From: a virus | DNA length: 64,000 nucleotides | Reading direction: 5' to 3' (one strand) | Virus record (IMG/VR): IMGVR_UViG_3300029922_000001 | Coordinates: 230,512-294,511 of that record | Part shown: piece after piece, positions 1 through 8,996 of the stretch | Numbering within the stretch: position 1 is the first letter of the stretch | Layout: each line of letters opens with the position of its first letter | Notes under the pieces: generated by a model | What the model was told of the DNA's origin: nothing | Seen by the model: the letters and a program-made list of their open reading frames with translations, nothing else | The model's database searches: none | Translations under genes and position numbers: made by a program

Positions 1-741
1 GCTAGTATTAGAAATATTGTTTTAGCACAAGGTTATACTGCTGGTGTTCCTGTTGATCCTGCTTCAATTCCTGCTGGACCACAAACCCCTCCAACACAAA
101 CTCCTGCTCAAAAACCGCAAATTACTAACGATCAACAAAATTCTATGAATCAAGTTCTTGGTATGATTGGTGATATCATTAATCGTATTGAAAGTAATGC
201 AGGGGATTTTAAAAAACTAGGTGATCATATGGTTGACTTTAATGCTAATATTACAGCCTTGAAGTCTTTAATTTCTCAAAACCCAGCGGCAAGAAGTAAG
301 TATATTCAAGATAAACAAACAGCGGCAACACAAAGTCAAGCTAATGGTGGACAGCTTAGTACAAACGGTAAAGATGCCAATTTTGTTGATGCTAATGGTA
401 CTATTCATAAATATAAATTAGATGAAGAAATCGTGCCAACCGGAATGTCTACGATTCAAGGTGCTGGCGATGTCTATCAACGTATTATCCAAAATGGTTT
501 AGCTGCTAAAGCGCCTTGGTTACAAATTGCTCCACAATTAGTTAAAGCATGGCAAGTAGAACACAAACAAACTATGCCACCACCTATTTATGAGCAATAT
601 AGAATGTTTTATGCTCAAGAACTTAATGGTACATCACAACAAAAACCAGCAACACCAGGACAACCACAAACGCCACAACCACAAACGCCAGGACAACAAA
701 CACCAGGACAACCTGTAATTCCTGCCGCAAATGCTAATTAA
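1..741 (+). CDS. hypothetical protein, 5'-partial (open from window start, in frame with ATG at 145); C-terminal Pro/Gln/Thr-rich low-complexity tail (PQTPQPQTPGQQTPGQP)
   Basis: Uninterrupted frame 1 from nt 1 to the stop at 741. No recognisable domain. Compositional resemblance to the tail of the 6141..6995 product. Confidence 0.5.
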   Translation, partial: ASIRNIVLAQGYTAGVPVDPASIPAGPQTPPTQTPAQKPQITNDQQNSMNQVLGMIGDIINRIESNAGDFKKLGDHMVDFNANITALKSLISQNPAARSKYIQDKQTAATQSQANGGQLSTNGKDANFVDANGTIHKYKLDEEIVPTGMSTIQGAGDVYQRIIQNGLAAKAPWLQIAPQLVKAWQVEHKQTMPPPIYEQYRMFYAQELNGTSQQKPATPGQPQTPQPQTPGQQTPGQPVIPAANAN

Positions 742-1076
742 GGCGTTTTAGGTTTGATTGCAAAGTATATTCCACCATCTGCTTGAAAAGAAGTCCAACC
801 ATCTAAAACACTAGACTGATCTATACCACCACATTTAATATTGAATCCAAATGTGGTTTTTTTACTTCTTATAATTAAGAATGTTTCATTTTGTTCATTG
901 GTTCTTAATGAAATATCTTGTAAGATTTCATACTCGTTTTTAAATTTTTTATTCACAATTTTAATAAAACTTTTTCTTAGATCAACGATAAAGCCGTTTT
1001 TGTATTTAGCTTTATCGTTGACTAGCTGTTCCCAAAATTCTAAATTCTTAATTAAATACATGCATACATTATACAA
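738..1076 (-). CDS. hypothetical protein
   Basis: 112-aa ORF. The opposite-strand ORF 841..1110 is hydrophobic low-complexity and judged antisense noise. Confidence 0.35.
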   Translation of the reverse strand: MYNVCMYLIKNLEFWEQLVNDKAKYKNGFIVDLRKSFIKIVNKKFKNEYEILQDISLRTNEQNETFLIIRSKKTTFGFNIKCGGIDQSSVLDGWTSFQADGGIYFAIKPKTP

Positions 1077-1470
1077 TAGGTTTGTTAATATATTGATACA
1101 GATGATTTAATAGCCACGCCGCAATACGATATCCGTCAACTTCAGGATCATAACCAGCTTGTTTGCAAGCCACTACCAAATTGTAACCATTCATGGGATC
1201 ACCTTGTAAATCGTCATCTAAAATATCTACTTGCTCCCAAAAATCCTTATCTTCTTGAGTGTATTCATCTCCATCAGGTGGATTTGGTAAAGGTTTGGCG
1301 GTAATAACATAAGATGGATCATTCATTCGAACTAAACCTAACTCACCTTCATACCATCCATAGTCTGCTGAATCATAAGATTCAGTAGCCACATATAAAT
1401 AATAACCAGGAAGGACTTCGGATTCATCATCTCTTACTGGTTTTGCTTCGGTCAAACATTGCATACACAT
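1069..1470 (-). CDS. hypothetical acidic protein
   Basis: 133-aa ORF, Asp/Glu-rich, no motif recognised. Confidence 0.45.
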   Translation of the reverse strand: MCMQCLTEAKPVRDDESEVLPGYYLYVATESYDSADYGWYEGELGLVRMNDPSYVITAKPLPNPPDGDEYTQEDKDFWEQVDILDDDLQGDPMNGYNLVVACKQAGYDPEVDGYRIAAWLLNHLYQYINKPIV

Positions 1471-1485
1471 GCCTGTATTATAGCA

Positions 1486-2070
1486 TTAATAATGGGTAAT
1501 AGATCGTTTTTCTAGTTCTTTTTCGATCATTGGATAAATCGTTTCAAGAGTTTTTCTGTGTTCTACTAAAACCGGGTTATAAGAGACTTCATATTTACAA
1601 AGAAAGTCTACGATTGCATTATCTACTTCAATTGATTTTTTTAGATCATGTAATCTATTGTCATTTTCAAATTTATTATTAGGATTTCTGGTAAGTAGAA
1701 TATTGTAATTATCAAATTCATTGAATAATTCTAAAATGAAATTATTCCAAGCCTTTTTTGGCTTGGGATTATAAAAAATACCAAGTAAGATAGGAGAATC
1801 AGTAATAACAATATCCACTTGTCCATGCGGTTGCATTTGTCTTTGAATTTGAGTTCCTGTAACATAAGCTTGGTTTTTAATTGTTTTTTCATCCTGATCA
1901 TAGACTAAATCTTTGGCAAATTCCCTAACTAATTCAACATTATAACTATTTAATTTTAATTCATAAAATAGACCAGCAGCGAGCGTACTTTTTCCACAGC
2001 TTGGTCCTCCGAAGAAGTTTATTATGAGAGACATACTTTTATTGTACAGCTTGTGGTATAGTTGATACAT
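1486..2070 (-). CDS. P-loop NTPase (NadR-kinase/AAA_28-like or dNMP-kinase-like); paralog of 53962..54582
   Basis: Walker A FFGGPSCGKSTLAAGLFYEL. Clear end-to-end similarity to the 53962..54582 product (IINIFGGPGIGKSTVAAGVFYKL...). Confidence 0.5.
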   Translation of the reverse strand: MYQLYHKLYNKSMSLIINFFGGPSCGKSTLAAGLFYELKLNSYNVELVREFAKDLVYDQDEKTIKNQAYVTGTQIQRQMQPHGQVDIVITDSPILLGIFYNPKPKKAWNNFILELFNEFDNYNILLTRNPNNKFENDNRLHDLKKSIEVDNAIVDFLCKYEVSYNPVLVEHRKTLETIYPMIEKELEKRSITHY

Positions 2071-3592
2071 GAAAGCACCCGTGCTAGACCTAATTAATTA
2101 CGATCCCTCTAAAGATTATCTAATCCCGCCAGATAAGTTGGCAATGTGGGCAAAACACAAAATGAATGTTTTGTTCATTGGTGAGACTGGTGTAGGAAAA
2201 ACCGCAATTATCATGTCGTTTTTTGAACAACTTGGATTGCGCTGCAAATATTTTTCTGCACCTACGCTTGAACCATATATTGACATTATTGGTGTTCCTC
2301 GTGAACATACAGACGCAGATGGTAATACGTTCCTAGAGTTTATTCAAAAAAGAGAATTTGCTAAGGATGAAATTGATGTTGTGTTTATTGATGAATTCAA
2401 TAGGGCACGTCCTGAAGTTCGTAATGCTGTTATGGAGTTCGTGCAATTTAAGAGTATCAACGGTAAGAAATACCACAATCTTAAAATGGTTTGGGCTGCA
2501 ATTAACCCTTACGATGAAGATGGCACTTATGATGTTGATCGTCTTGACCCTGCTATGATGGGAAGATTCCCTATTAAGCATTTCGTAGATAATCGTCCTT
2601 GTCCAGCTTATTTTGAAGCTGTATTTGGTAAATATATAGCGGATACTTCTATTGAGTGGTGGACTAAGTTGACAACAGATCATCCTAATACTTTGGCTTT
2701 GGTTCCACCTAGAACATTACATGATGCAGTTAGTTGGTATTTGCTTGGTGGAGACGTTAGAGACGTGATGCCAAAAGACACTAATATTAATTGCACTGAA
2801 TTTGTAACAACTCTCGCGGCTGATCCAATTGAGGTTCAGGTTGAAAAACTCTTTACTAGACAAGATCAAAATGCTACTAAAGCATTTTTGAATACTGCTA
2901 ATACATTGTTCAGAGCTAAAAGTATTATTGAATCAAAAGAAGAGTGGCTAAACTACTTCCTTCCTTTGGCACGTCCTGAAGTAATTTCGGGTTGGGCTAG
3001 AGAATCAGAAGTGGTGTTAGATAATCTAGTTCGTAATATCAATATTGGTCCTAATCGAAGTATCATTGATGATTTTATCAATTTTCAACCTGATCTTAAA
3101 CCAAAAATTAAGCAAGCTTGGGTAACAACACCATTTATTCAAGATCCAGCTTATAGAGTTTTGACAGAAAAGATTGTTTTTGATATCAATCTAGCTTGTT
3201 CGGAATTTTATGTTTCTGTACCAACAGGTAAAGTTAATTATTCTTTCACAGAACGATTAATTGCCCTCAAGGTAAAAACTAATAATTTCGAATATAAGAA
3301 TGATCAGGATAAAGCAGGAACATGGACGGCACTTTGTGCTTATGTTCCAGGTGATCTTTCGGAAGATGATGCTAAATTCGGTCTGTATGTTATGGATACA
3401 TTGGCATCTGCCAAACTTGGCTTCTTGGCTGAATTTGATAAATCTGTTTCTTTGTTGAATACTTTTGCTGCAACCCTGTATTTTAAGCATGGTTATACTC
3501 CTGAACAGATTTGGAAAATCTGTCCACACGTTGAACAAAGTAATAAGTCTTTGACTTCAGCTAAGCATACTAAAAGTATGTTTTTGAAATAA
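2069..3592 (+). CDS. AAA+ ATPase, AAA_5 / MoxR-like (dynein-related) family
   Basis: Walker A NVLFIGETGVGKTA; Walker B VVFIDEFNRA followed by sensor residues. 507 aa with a long C-terminal extension. Sits directly upstream of a VWA/zincin gene. Confidence 0.7.
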   Translation: MKAPVLDLINYDPSKDYLIPPDKLAMWAKHKMNVLFIGETGVGKTAIIMSFFEQLGLRCKYFSAPTLEPYIDIIGVPREHTDADGNTFLEFIQKREFAKDEIDVVFIDEFNRARPEVRNAVMEFVQFKSINGKKYHNLKMVWAAINPYDEDGTYDVDRLDPAMMGRFPIKHFVDNRPCPAYFEAVFGKYIADTSIEWWTKLTTDHPNTLALVPPRTLHDAVSWYLLGGDVRDVMPKDTNINCTEFVTTLAADPIEVQVEKLFTRQDQNATKAFLNTANTLFRAKSIIESKEEWLNYFLPLARPEVISGWARESEVVLDNLVRNINIGPNRSIIDDFINFQPDLKPKIKQAWVTTPFIQDPAYRVLTEKIVFDINLACSEFYVSVPTGKVNYSFTERLIALKVKTNNFEYKNDQDKAGTWTALCAYVPGDLSEDDAKFGLYVMDTLASAKLGFLAEFDKSVSLLNTFAATLYFKHGYTPEQIWKICPHVEQSNKSLTSAKHTKSMFLK

Positions 3593-3593
3593 G

Positions 3594-3620
3594 ATTAGAG
3601 GCTAAAATTTAGCCTCTAAT
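3594..3620. terminator. palindromic hairpin (ATTAGAGGCTAAA/TTTAGCCTCTAAT) between the AAA+ ATPase and VWA genes
   Basis: Near-perfect inverted repeat, 13-bp arms. Confidence 0.5.
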
Positions 3621-3636
3621 CTGGTATACTCTAATT

Positions 3637-5034
3637 ATGCAATTCCTTAATCCAGTGGAAACCACAAAGATTCTTCGCGCTCTTGAGCGTTATCATATTG
3701 TGTTTTCTAAAATATTTGAATTTGGTTATGTCAGTTTCGATAAATCTGTACCTAGAGCATGTTTAAGATTTAATAAAGAAACTGGTAAACCTTTTCAGTA
3801 TGTTTTTAACCCAGATTTTTGGGAGTCAATTGATTTTGATACTAAACTTTTTATTATTAAACACGAAACTGCACACTCATTTTTGAATCATTGTCAAAGG
3901 GGAAAACAAATTTTGGCATCTGGTGGGAAAATAGAGACTTTGAATGTAGCTATGGATCTTGCCGTTAATCACATGTTGGTTGATTGCTTTGGTGTTGACA
4001 GAGATAACGTTAAAGATGCTGATAGTTATTGTTGGGTTGATACGGTTTTTCCTGATGATAAAATCCCTGATGATCTACACTTTGAGGGTTATTATGCTTT
4101 ATTGTTAAAGAAAGAACAAGATAAAAACGACGATAAAGAAGAACAAGATAAGGGTGACAATAAGGGTGATCAAGAATCTTCCGAAGACGATAAAGGTTCA
4201 TCACAAGGATCTGATGGCGGTAAAGGTTCGTCTAAACCACAAATTGTAGATAGTCATGAATTTTTAGATGAACAAGCGCAAGAAGCGTTTGAGAAAGTTC
4301 TTGAAAGAGTCAAAAAGCAATTAAACGTGGATGAACTTAAAGATTTTAATGATAAGCTTCAACAACATGGTGATGGTCCAAGCGGAATTCAATTTGAAAT
4401 TGAATTACCAAAACTTAAACCCAACTTAAAGTGGCTTAATCTTGTTACAAAATTTAAGTATAAACACAACGAACTACATTATAAAATTAAACCTCAGTTT
4501 GTTTTTAAAAATAGGCGCATGAATATGTTGCCTAAAACAAATTTAATGCCTCAAGAATATGAAGTCAGAGAAATTAGTGAAAAGAAAACCATTATTGATG
4601 TTTGGTGTTTTTTAGATGTTTCCGGTTCATGTATTAGTTTTAAAGAACATTTTCTTTTAGCTGTTAAAACTTTTCCAGAAGAATATTTTAGATTGAGGGT
4701 TTTTGTTTTTGATACTACCGTATTAGAAATAGACTTAAAAAAAACTATATTACGTTGTGGTGGTGGAACACATTTTCATATTATTGAGGATAAAATTCAA
4801 CATATATGTAAAACTGAATCTTGTAATTATCCAAGTATGGTTGTAGTGGTTACTGACGGAGAAGGAACCAGGGTTAATCCACAATATCCAAAAAGATGGC
4901 ATTGGCTTTTGACTGATAAAGCGGCTTATAAGAAAAAAGGACTAACTTATATTCCTGTGAAGTCTCGAATTTTTGAATTGAAGGAATTCTTTGATATTCC
5001 TACAGTTCAAAAACAATTAAGAAAGAAGTTTTGA
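3637..5034 (+). CDS. VWA-domain protein with N-terminal HExxH zincin-like motif (DUF2201-like architecture)
   Basis: HETAH at the N-terminus. Central acidic KD/E-rich linker. C-terminal VWA MIDAS signature DVSGS ... VVVTDGEGT. Confidence 0.65.
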   Translation: MQFLNPVETTKILRALERYHIVFSKIFEFGYVSFDKSVPRACLRFNKETGKPFQYVFNPDFWESIDFDTKLFIIKHETAHSFLNHCQRGKQILASGGKIETLNVAMDLAVNHMLVDCFGVDRDNVKDADSYCWVDTVFPDDKIPDDLHFEGYYALLLKKEQDKNDDKEEQDKGDNKGDQESSEDDKGSSQGSDGGKGSSKPQIVDSHEFLDEQAQEAFEKVLERVKKQLNVDELKDFNDKLQQHGDGPSGIQFEIELPKLKPNLKWLNLVTKFKYKHNELHYKIKPQFVFKNRRMNMLPKTNLMPQEYEVREISEKKTIIDVWCFLDVSGSCISFKEHFLLAVKTFPEEYFRLRVFVFDTTVLEIDLKKTILRCGGGTHFHIIEDKIQHICKTESCNYPSMVVVVTDGEGTRVNPQYPKRWHWLLTDKAAYKKKGLTYIPVKSRIFELKEFFDIPTVQKQLRKKF

Positions 5035-6084
5035 TTCTTTCATACTACCTGGTGTTAGAATAATGTATTCAGAATTGTCTCTAAGTTCTGTAATTGTTCT
5101 AGCACCAGAATAGGTTAAACCAGAACGGATACCACCAACAATTTCTTCTACTACATCTTCAGTGTTGCCTTTATATAGAACTTGTTTATCAACACCTTCA
5201 GCGGCAATACCCTTTTTCATTCCACCGCGTAAATGTTCCTGTGCGGTCTTACTAGACATTCCATACATGATCTTGTAATGTTTGCCATCAGACTCAAAAA
5301 CATCGCCAGGAGAGGCACTAGTGCCACACAACATGCCACCTAAAGTAATAGTATCAGCACCAAAAGCTAAAGCCTTGACAATATCACCAGAAGTAGTAAA
5401 ACCACCATCACCAATAATTTTGACATTATTAAAACCACGATTCGTTAATGATTCTTTTGCTTCTATAATTGATGTAAGTGTTGGAACTCCAAAACCAGTT
5501 TGAGTTCTCGTACTACAAACTGAACCTCCACCGATTCCACAACGTATTGCATCAGCACCAGCGTCAGCAAGATATAAAGCACCTGAACCTGTAGCAACAT
5601 TTCCAGCAATAACTTCGATATCATAATGATCTTTAATGTATTTGATCATTTTCTTAACTGAGTTTGAGTGACCGTGCGCAATGTCAATTAAAATAGCATC
5701 GGGTTTAAGTTGAACGTCAGGAAAGCCGTAAGATGCATTCATGAGTTTATCCACTAGCTCACAATCTTCATCTTTAGTTCCTACAGATGGAACAATAATA
5801 GAATTAGGATATTTTACCCTAAAGTCCATTAAAGTAGCTACCATTTTGTCTGGATGCATAAATCTATGTAAGAACCCTAATGATCCTGTTTTATACATAG
5901 CTTCCAACATGTTCTCTTCAGTAACCGTTGACATATTTGTTGATATAATTGGAATATCTAATTTAATATTAGGTGTTAAATAAGTTGATACATCGGTTTT
6001 AAGTCTACTTTCAACATCGCTATATTGAGGGACTAATAGAATATCATTAAAAGATAGTGCTTTGTGATTGTATAGATTCGCCAT
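5017..6084 (-). CDS. IMP dehydrogenase / GMP reductase family enzyme (no CBS subdomain; GuaC-like length)
   Basis: Catalytic loop CGIGGGSVCSTR with the active-site Cys. TIM-barrel IMPDH/GMPR motifs throughout. 355 aa. Confidence 0.85.
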   Translation of the reverse strand: MANLYNHKALSFNDILLVPQYSDVESRLKTDVSTYLTPNIKLDIPIISTNMSTVTEENMLEAMYKTGSLGFLHRFMHPDKMVATLMDFRVKYPNSIIVPSVGTKDEDCELVDKLMNASYGFPDVQLKPDAILIDIAHGHSNSVKKMIKYIKDHYDIEVIAGNVATGSGALYLADAGADAIRCGIGGGSVCSTRTQTGFGVPTLTSIIEAKESLTNRGFNNVKIIGDGGFTTSGDIVKALAFGADTITLGGMLCGTSASPGDVFESDGKHYKIMYGMSSKTAQEHLRGGMKKGIAAEGVDKQVLYKGNTEDVVEEIVGGIRSGLTYSGARTITELRDNSEYIILTPGSMKESKLLS

Positions 6085-6140
6085 GTTTTCCTTGAGGGGA
6101 AGTTCAGGTCCTTATTCATTTTACGTAAGTTTCGAATAGA

Positions 6141-6995
6141 ATGCAGGATTCGTTATCTAATAATTCCGAAAAAGTTTATATGGTTCAAGAAGAGTTAATT
6201 GGTTTAGTACGCTTTGCAGCAAAGCTAGAAGCTGACGGATATAGTGAGGATTCCGATTACGTCCTTAATGAAACAGTTCGTTTAGCTGGTTGGCTTGGTG
6301 AATTAGCTGGTGGCGTTGCGGAAAATGCAGGTAAATTAAAACAATTTTTAAGCCCAGCAAGCGAATATGGCGAAAACTTTTTTAAGAACATAGATAATAC
6401 AAAAACTTTTGCTCAACCAGCCGCCCAGAGTGCTTTAACTAACGCAACTTCAACTTTGACTAATTCAGATGCTCCTGCATTATTACAATTCGTTCAAAAG
6501 TATTTACCTGGTCAAACGGGCACAGTAACTAAGTTAGTACAAGATTCTTCTGCACTGGCAGAAGAAATAGCTAATCCTAGTGCTAATCCTTTTAGTACTT
6601 TTAGATCCGAATTTGAAAAAGAATTAGCAGATAGAGGGAAGACATTGGCACCAGAAGCTACAGATCCTAATTACTATAAGCAATTTTTAGAAAATAAACA
6701 AACTATAATTAACAATCAACTTTCATCATTAAAGAATGATATTGTTGCTAATCAATCGAACGCTATTAAGAAAAGTGTATTAGATAGTAATAATGGTGCT
6801 TTCCAAAATCAATACAGCTTAAATGGTTTAAATGCTGCCAAAAGCGGTGCTTTAGCTTATCTTGGATATAATCAAATTAAGAACCAATTTAATCAACCTA
6901 AAACACCAGGAGAAGGAGCCACAACTCCGACAACATCGACAACTCCCACTGCTCAAACATTAGACCCTAATTTTAAATTATTTGCCACTAATTAA
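6141..6995 (+). CDS. hypothetical protein with Thr/Pro/Gln-rich C-terminus
   Basis: 284-aa ORF with ATG start. Low-complexity tail similar in composition to the 1..741 product. Confidence 0.5.
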   Translation: MQDSLSNNSEKVYMVQEELIGLVRFAAKLEADGYSEDSDYVLNETVRLAGWLGELAGGVAENAGKLKQFLSPASEYGENFFKNIDNTKTFAQPAAQSALTNATSTLTNSDAPALLQFVQKYLPGQTGTVTKLVQDSSALAEEIANPSANPFSTFRSEFEKELADRGKTLAPEATDPNYYKQFLENKQTIINNQLSSLKNDIVANQSNAIKKSVLDSNNGAFQNQYSLNGLNAAKSGALAYLGYNQIKNQFNQPKTPGEGATTPTTSTTPTAQTLDPNFKLFATN

Positions 6996-7626
6996 ATAAT
7001 AGTTTAGATAGGGCAATTGCTCTCATTCGATGAAAAGCTGCTGAAGATGCTAGAATTTTTTCCATAGGTGATGACTCTGGATTTTCAGCAATAGCTTGTA
7101 AATCTAGTACACTTAAATCATTAGCGTCACAGTTGTCATCATCTTCTTCTAATAAAGCTTCCCATTTTGCTTTTAATGCATTGTATTCTGATTCTAATTG
7201 AGACTGTGCAAACATAGAAAGGATTTGATCATCAATAGGATCACCAGGTTGAGCTAATTCTTCAATAGGATACGTTTTGATGTTTTCAATATCATCTTTT
7301 GTAAATGTTCCAGTACTCGCCGCACCAGTTGTGAGGGTAAGTGTGTTTTTAGGATCTGTAATGGTGATTGTTGTTGTAGTATTTGGTGTCATGGAGTTTA
7401 AAGTTTTATTTGCGGCATCATAATCGGTAATGAATCTTTGTTTGAGTTCTTCAACTGCGTTTTTTTCATAGTCCCAACTAAGTGGATCTTCTGGTAATTT
7501 GTAGTGTGCCGATTTTGACCATAAAACGTTCCAACCATAACAGAATCTTTCTAAAAAAGATAAGTGTTTGAAAGAGTGAACATTATAATGCACAGTTTTA
7601 ATTTCGTTCATGTCCTTATTATACAT
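6988..7626 (-). CDS. hypothetical protein
   Basis: 212-aa ORF preceded on its strand by TGTATAATAAGGAC-ATG. Confidence 0.5.
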   Translation of the reverse strand: MYNKDMNEIKTVHYNVHSFKHLSFLERFCYGWNVLWSKSAHYKLPEDPLSWDYEKNAVEELKQRFITDYDAANKTLNSMTPNTTTTITITDPKNTLTLTTGAASTGTFTKDDIENIKTYPIEELAQPGDPIDDQILSMFAQSQLESEYNALKAKWEALLEEDDDNCDANDLSVLDLQAIAENPESSPMEKILASSAAFHRMRAIALSKLLFN

Positions 7627-7649
7627 ATCAATTAGGGTATAATAGAGAC

Positions 7650-7931
7650 ATGGTTAATGACGAAGTAATCCAAAAAAAAATCACCGGACGAAGACTCTCA
7701 ACAGTTTTCACTGAAATTAAAACAATCAAGAAGGATCTTGGCAACAAGTTCATTCGTGAACAACGCACACTCGTTAATGAGTATATTCGATTGGCACAAT
7801 CTGCTTTTGATCGTGAAGATTGGGGTAAGGCTCGTCTTTGGTCTGACGAAGCACTAGATATTGCTAAAACCAATCCTAATGGTAGAGCATGGATGTCTCG
7901 AAAGAACGATAGGAACACAGTAACCAAGTAG
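7650..7931 (+). CDS. hypothetical protein
   Basis: 93-aa ORF preceded by GGGTATAATAGAGAC-ATG and followed by a perfect 34-nt palindrome. The antisense ORF 7628..7927 was rejected. Confidence 0.45.
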   Translation: MVNDEVIQKKITGRRLSTVFTEIKTIKKDLGNKFIREQRTLVNEYIRLAQSAFDREDWGKARLWSDEALDIAKTNPNGRAWMSRKNDRNTVTK

Positions 7932-7942
7932 ATTGGAGGGTT

Positions 7943-7980
7943 TTAGCTTCATAATATATAATTATATATTATGAAGCTAA
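7943..7980. terminator. perfect 34-38-nt AT-rich palindrome (AGCTTCATAATATATAATTATATATTATGAAGCT)
   Basis: Verified to be self-complementary. Lies between the two plus-strand genes 7650..7931 and 7971..8156. The ATG of the downstream gene is inside the hairpin. Confidence 0.5.
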
Positions 7981-8156
7981 TAGATTTAATTGGTGAAAAA
8001 TTTGGAAGATTAATGGTTTTAAAACGAGAAAACTCCAAATGGCTATGTAAGTGTGAATGTGGAAATGAAAAGTTAATTTCTGGATGTAGTTTAAAAAACG
8101 GGAAAACTCAATCTTGCGGATGTCTACGTAGTAAACCATGCGAAGCTAGTTCTTGA
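7971..8156 (+). CDS. small Cys-rich (zinc-ribbon-like) protein
   Basis: CKCECGNE ... SCGC pattern. The ATG lies inside the upstream hairpin. Confidence 0.35.
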   Translation: MKLIDLIGEKFGRLMVLKRENSKWLCKCECGNEKLISGCSLKNGKTQSCGCLRSKPCEASS

Positions 8157-8279
8157 GTGGTTCTTTCTATTGAACTTTGTTGTATTCCGGTACAAGTGCA
8201 AACTTCAAAAACACAAAAACACAAAACACCACAACCGATGACGAATCTTGTAAAATCATTCCAATTAAATCTCATGATG

Positions 8280-8507
8280 TTATGATACCTGACTTTGTGG
8301 AATCCATACTTCAACTTTCGCAATACCAGCAGTAGGTTTTGAACAATTTCTAATGATTTCAGCGCATTCTTCAACTGTATCAACTTGATAAGAATTTTCA
8401 GGGAAAAATGTTCTTGCTGAATTAGGAGTAAATATATCAACACAATACTTATTTTCTAGGGATCTATCTCCACTCATGGCTTTTTCGAGAATTTTTTCTT
8501 TAGTCAT
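8280..8507 (-). CDS. hypothetical protein
   Basis: 75-aa ORF preceded on its strand by TTTATAATAAGTC-ATG. Confidence 0.4.
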   Translation of the reverse strand: MTKEKILEKAMSGDRSLENKYCVDIFTPNSARTFFPENSYQVDTVEECAEIIRNCSKPTAGIAKVEVWIPQSQVS

Positions 8508-8513
8508 GACTTA

Positions 8514-8741
8514 TTATAAATCAACTTTACACTTATTGTTAGTGCAATGACCTAAAGCGTCTTTTAATAGATAATTCTTAGCACCACGATCTTCATCACT
8601 CATAAGGCGATAATTTAATTTATCAATGCCTTCGTAACGAAATTTGAATTCGCTAATGATAGTTTCCATGAGTGTTTCAGCCATATCTGCTGATTCTTTT
8701 TCGTCTGTAAATAATGGGATGTCGATATGCAATCTGAACAT
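8514..8741 (-). CDS. hypothetical protein
   Basis: 75-aa ORF with a classical AGGAGA Shine-Dalgarno 7 nt upstream of the ATG. Confidence 0.5.
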   Translation of the reverse strand: MFRLHIDIPLFTDEKESADMAETLMETIISEFKFRYEGIDKLNYRLMSDEDRGAKNYLLKDALGHCTNNKCKVDL

Positions 8742-8759
8742 AATAATTCTCCTGTCTCG

Positions 8760-8833
8760 TGGTCCCTCTGCTGAGAATCGAACTCAGACCGAACCGTTAT
8801 AAGCGGTTCCGCTCTACCTTGAGCTACAAAGGG
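8760..8833 (-). tRNA. tRNA, anticodon UAU (Ile); CCA encoded
   Basis: Cloverleaf folded by hand: acceptor CCCTTTG/CAGAGGG, T-arm CTGAG-TTCGATT-CTCAG, anticodon stem AACCG/CGGTT with loop CTTATAA. Discriminator A is followed by an encoded CCA, then CGAG. Confidence 0.75.
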
Positions 8834-8996
8834 GTGTTTGTAATGGGTGTGGGGTTGGTATACGCTAATTAGCGTATACTTATGAAGCCAAACGCAGGAG
8901 AGTTCTGGGAAATATCATTATAGATTTGATAGTTTGACTTCATTACGTATCTATTATACCAGCATTTAGAGGAAAATTGTCTGAATTTCTATGTGT

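Noticed and set aside
841-1110. ORF on the plus strand (89 aa)
   Set aside because: Hydrophobic low-complexity translation of an AT-rich antisense strand. It overlaps the better minus-strand ORF 738..1076.
2120-2683. Minus-strand ORFs 2120..2308 and 2333..2683, and plus ORF 2358..2558, inside the AAA+ ATPase gene
   Set aside because: They are entirely embedded in a 507-aa gene with clear ATPase motifs, and their translations are low-complexity.
7628-7927. Minus-strand ORF antisense to 7650..7931
   Set aside because: The plus-strand product has a promoter-like element and a terminator hairpin. The minus-strand translation is Ser/Leu-rich noise.
8108-8443. 111-aa minus ORF overlapping 8280..8507 and 7971..8156
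   Set aside because: It conflicts with two better-supported ORFs and its translation is low-complexity.
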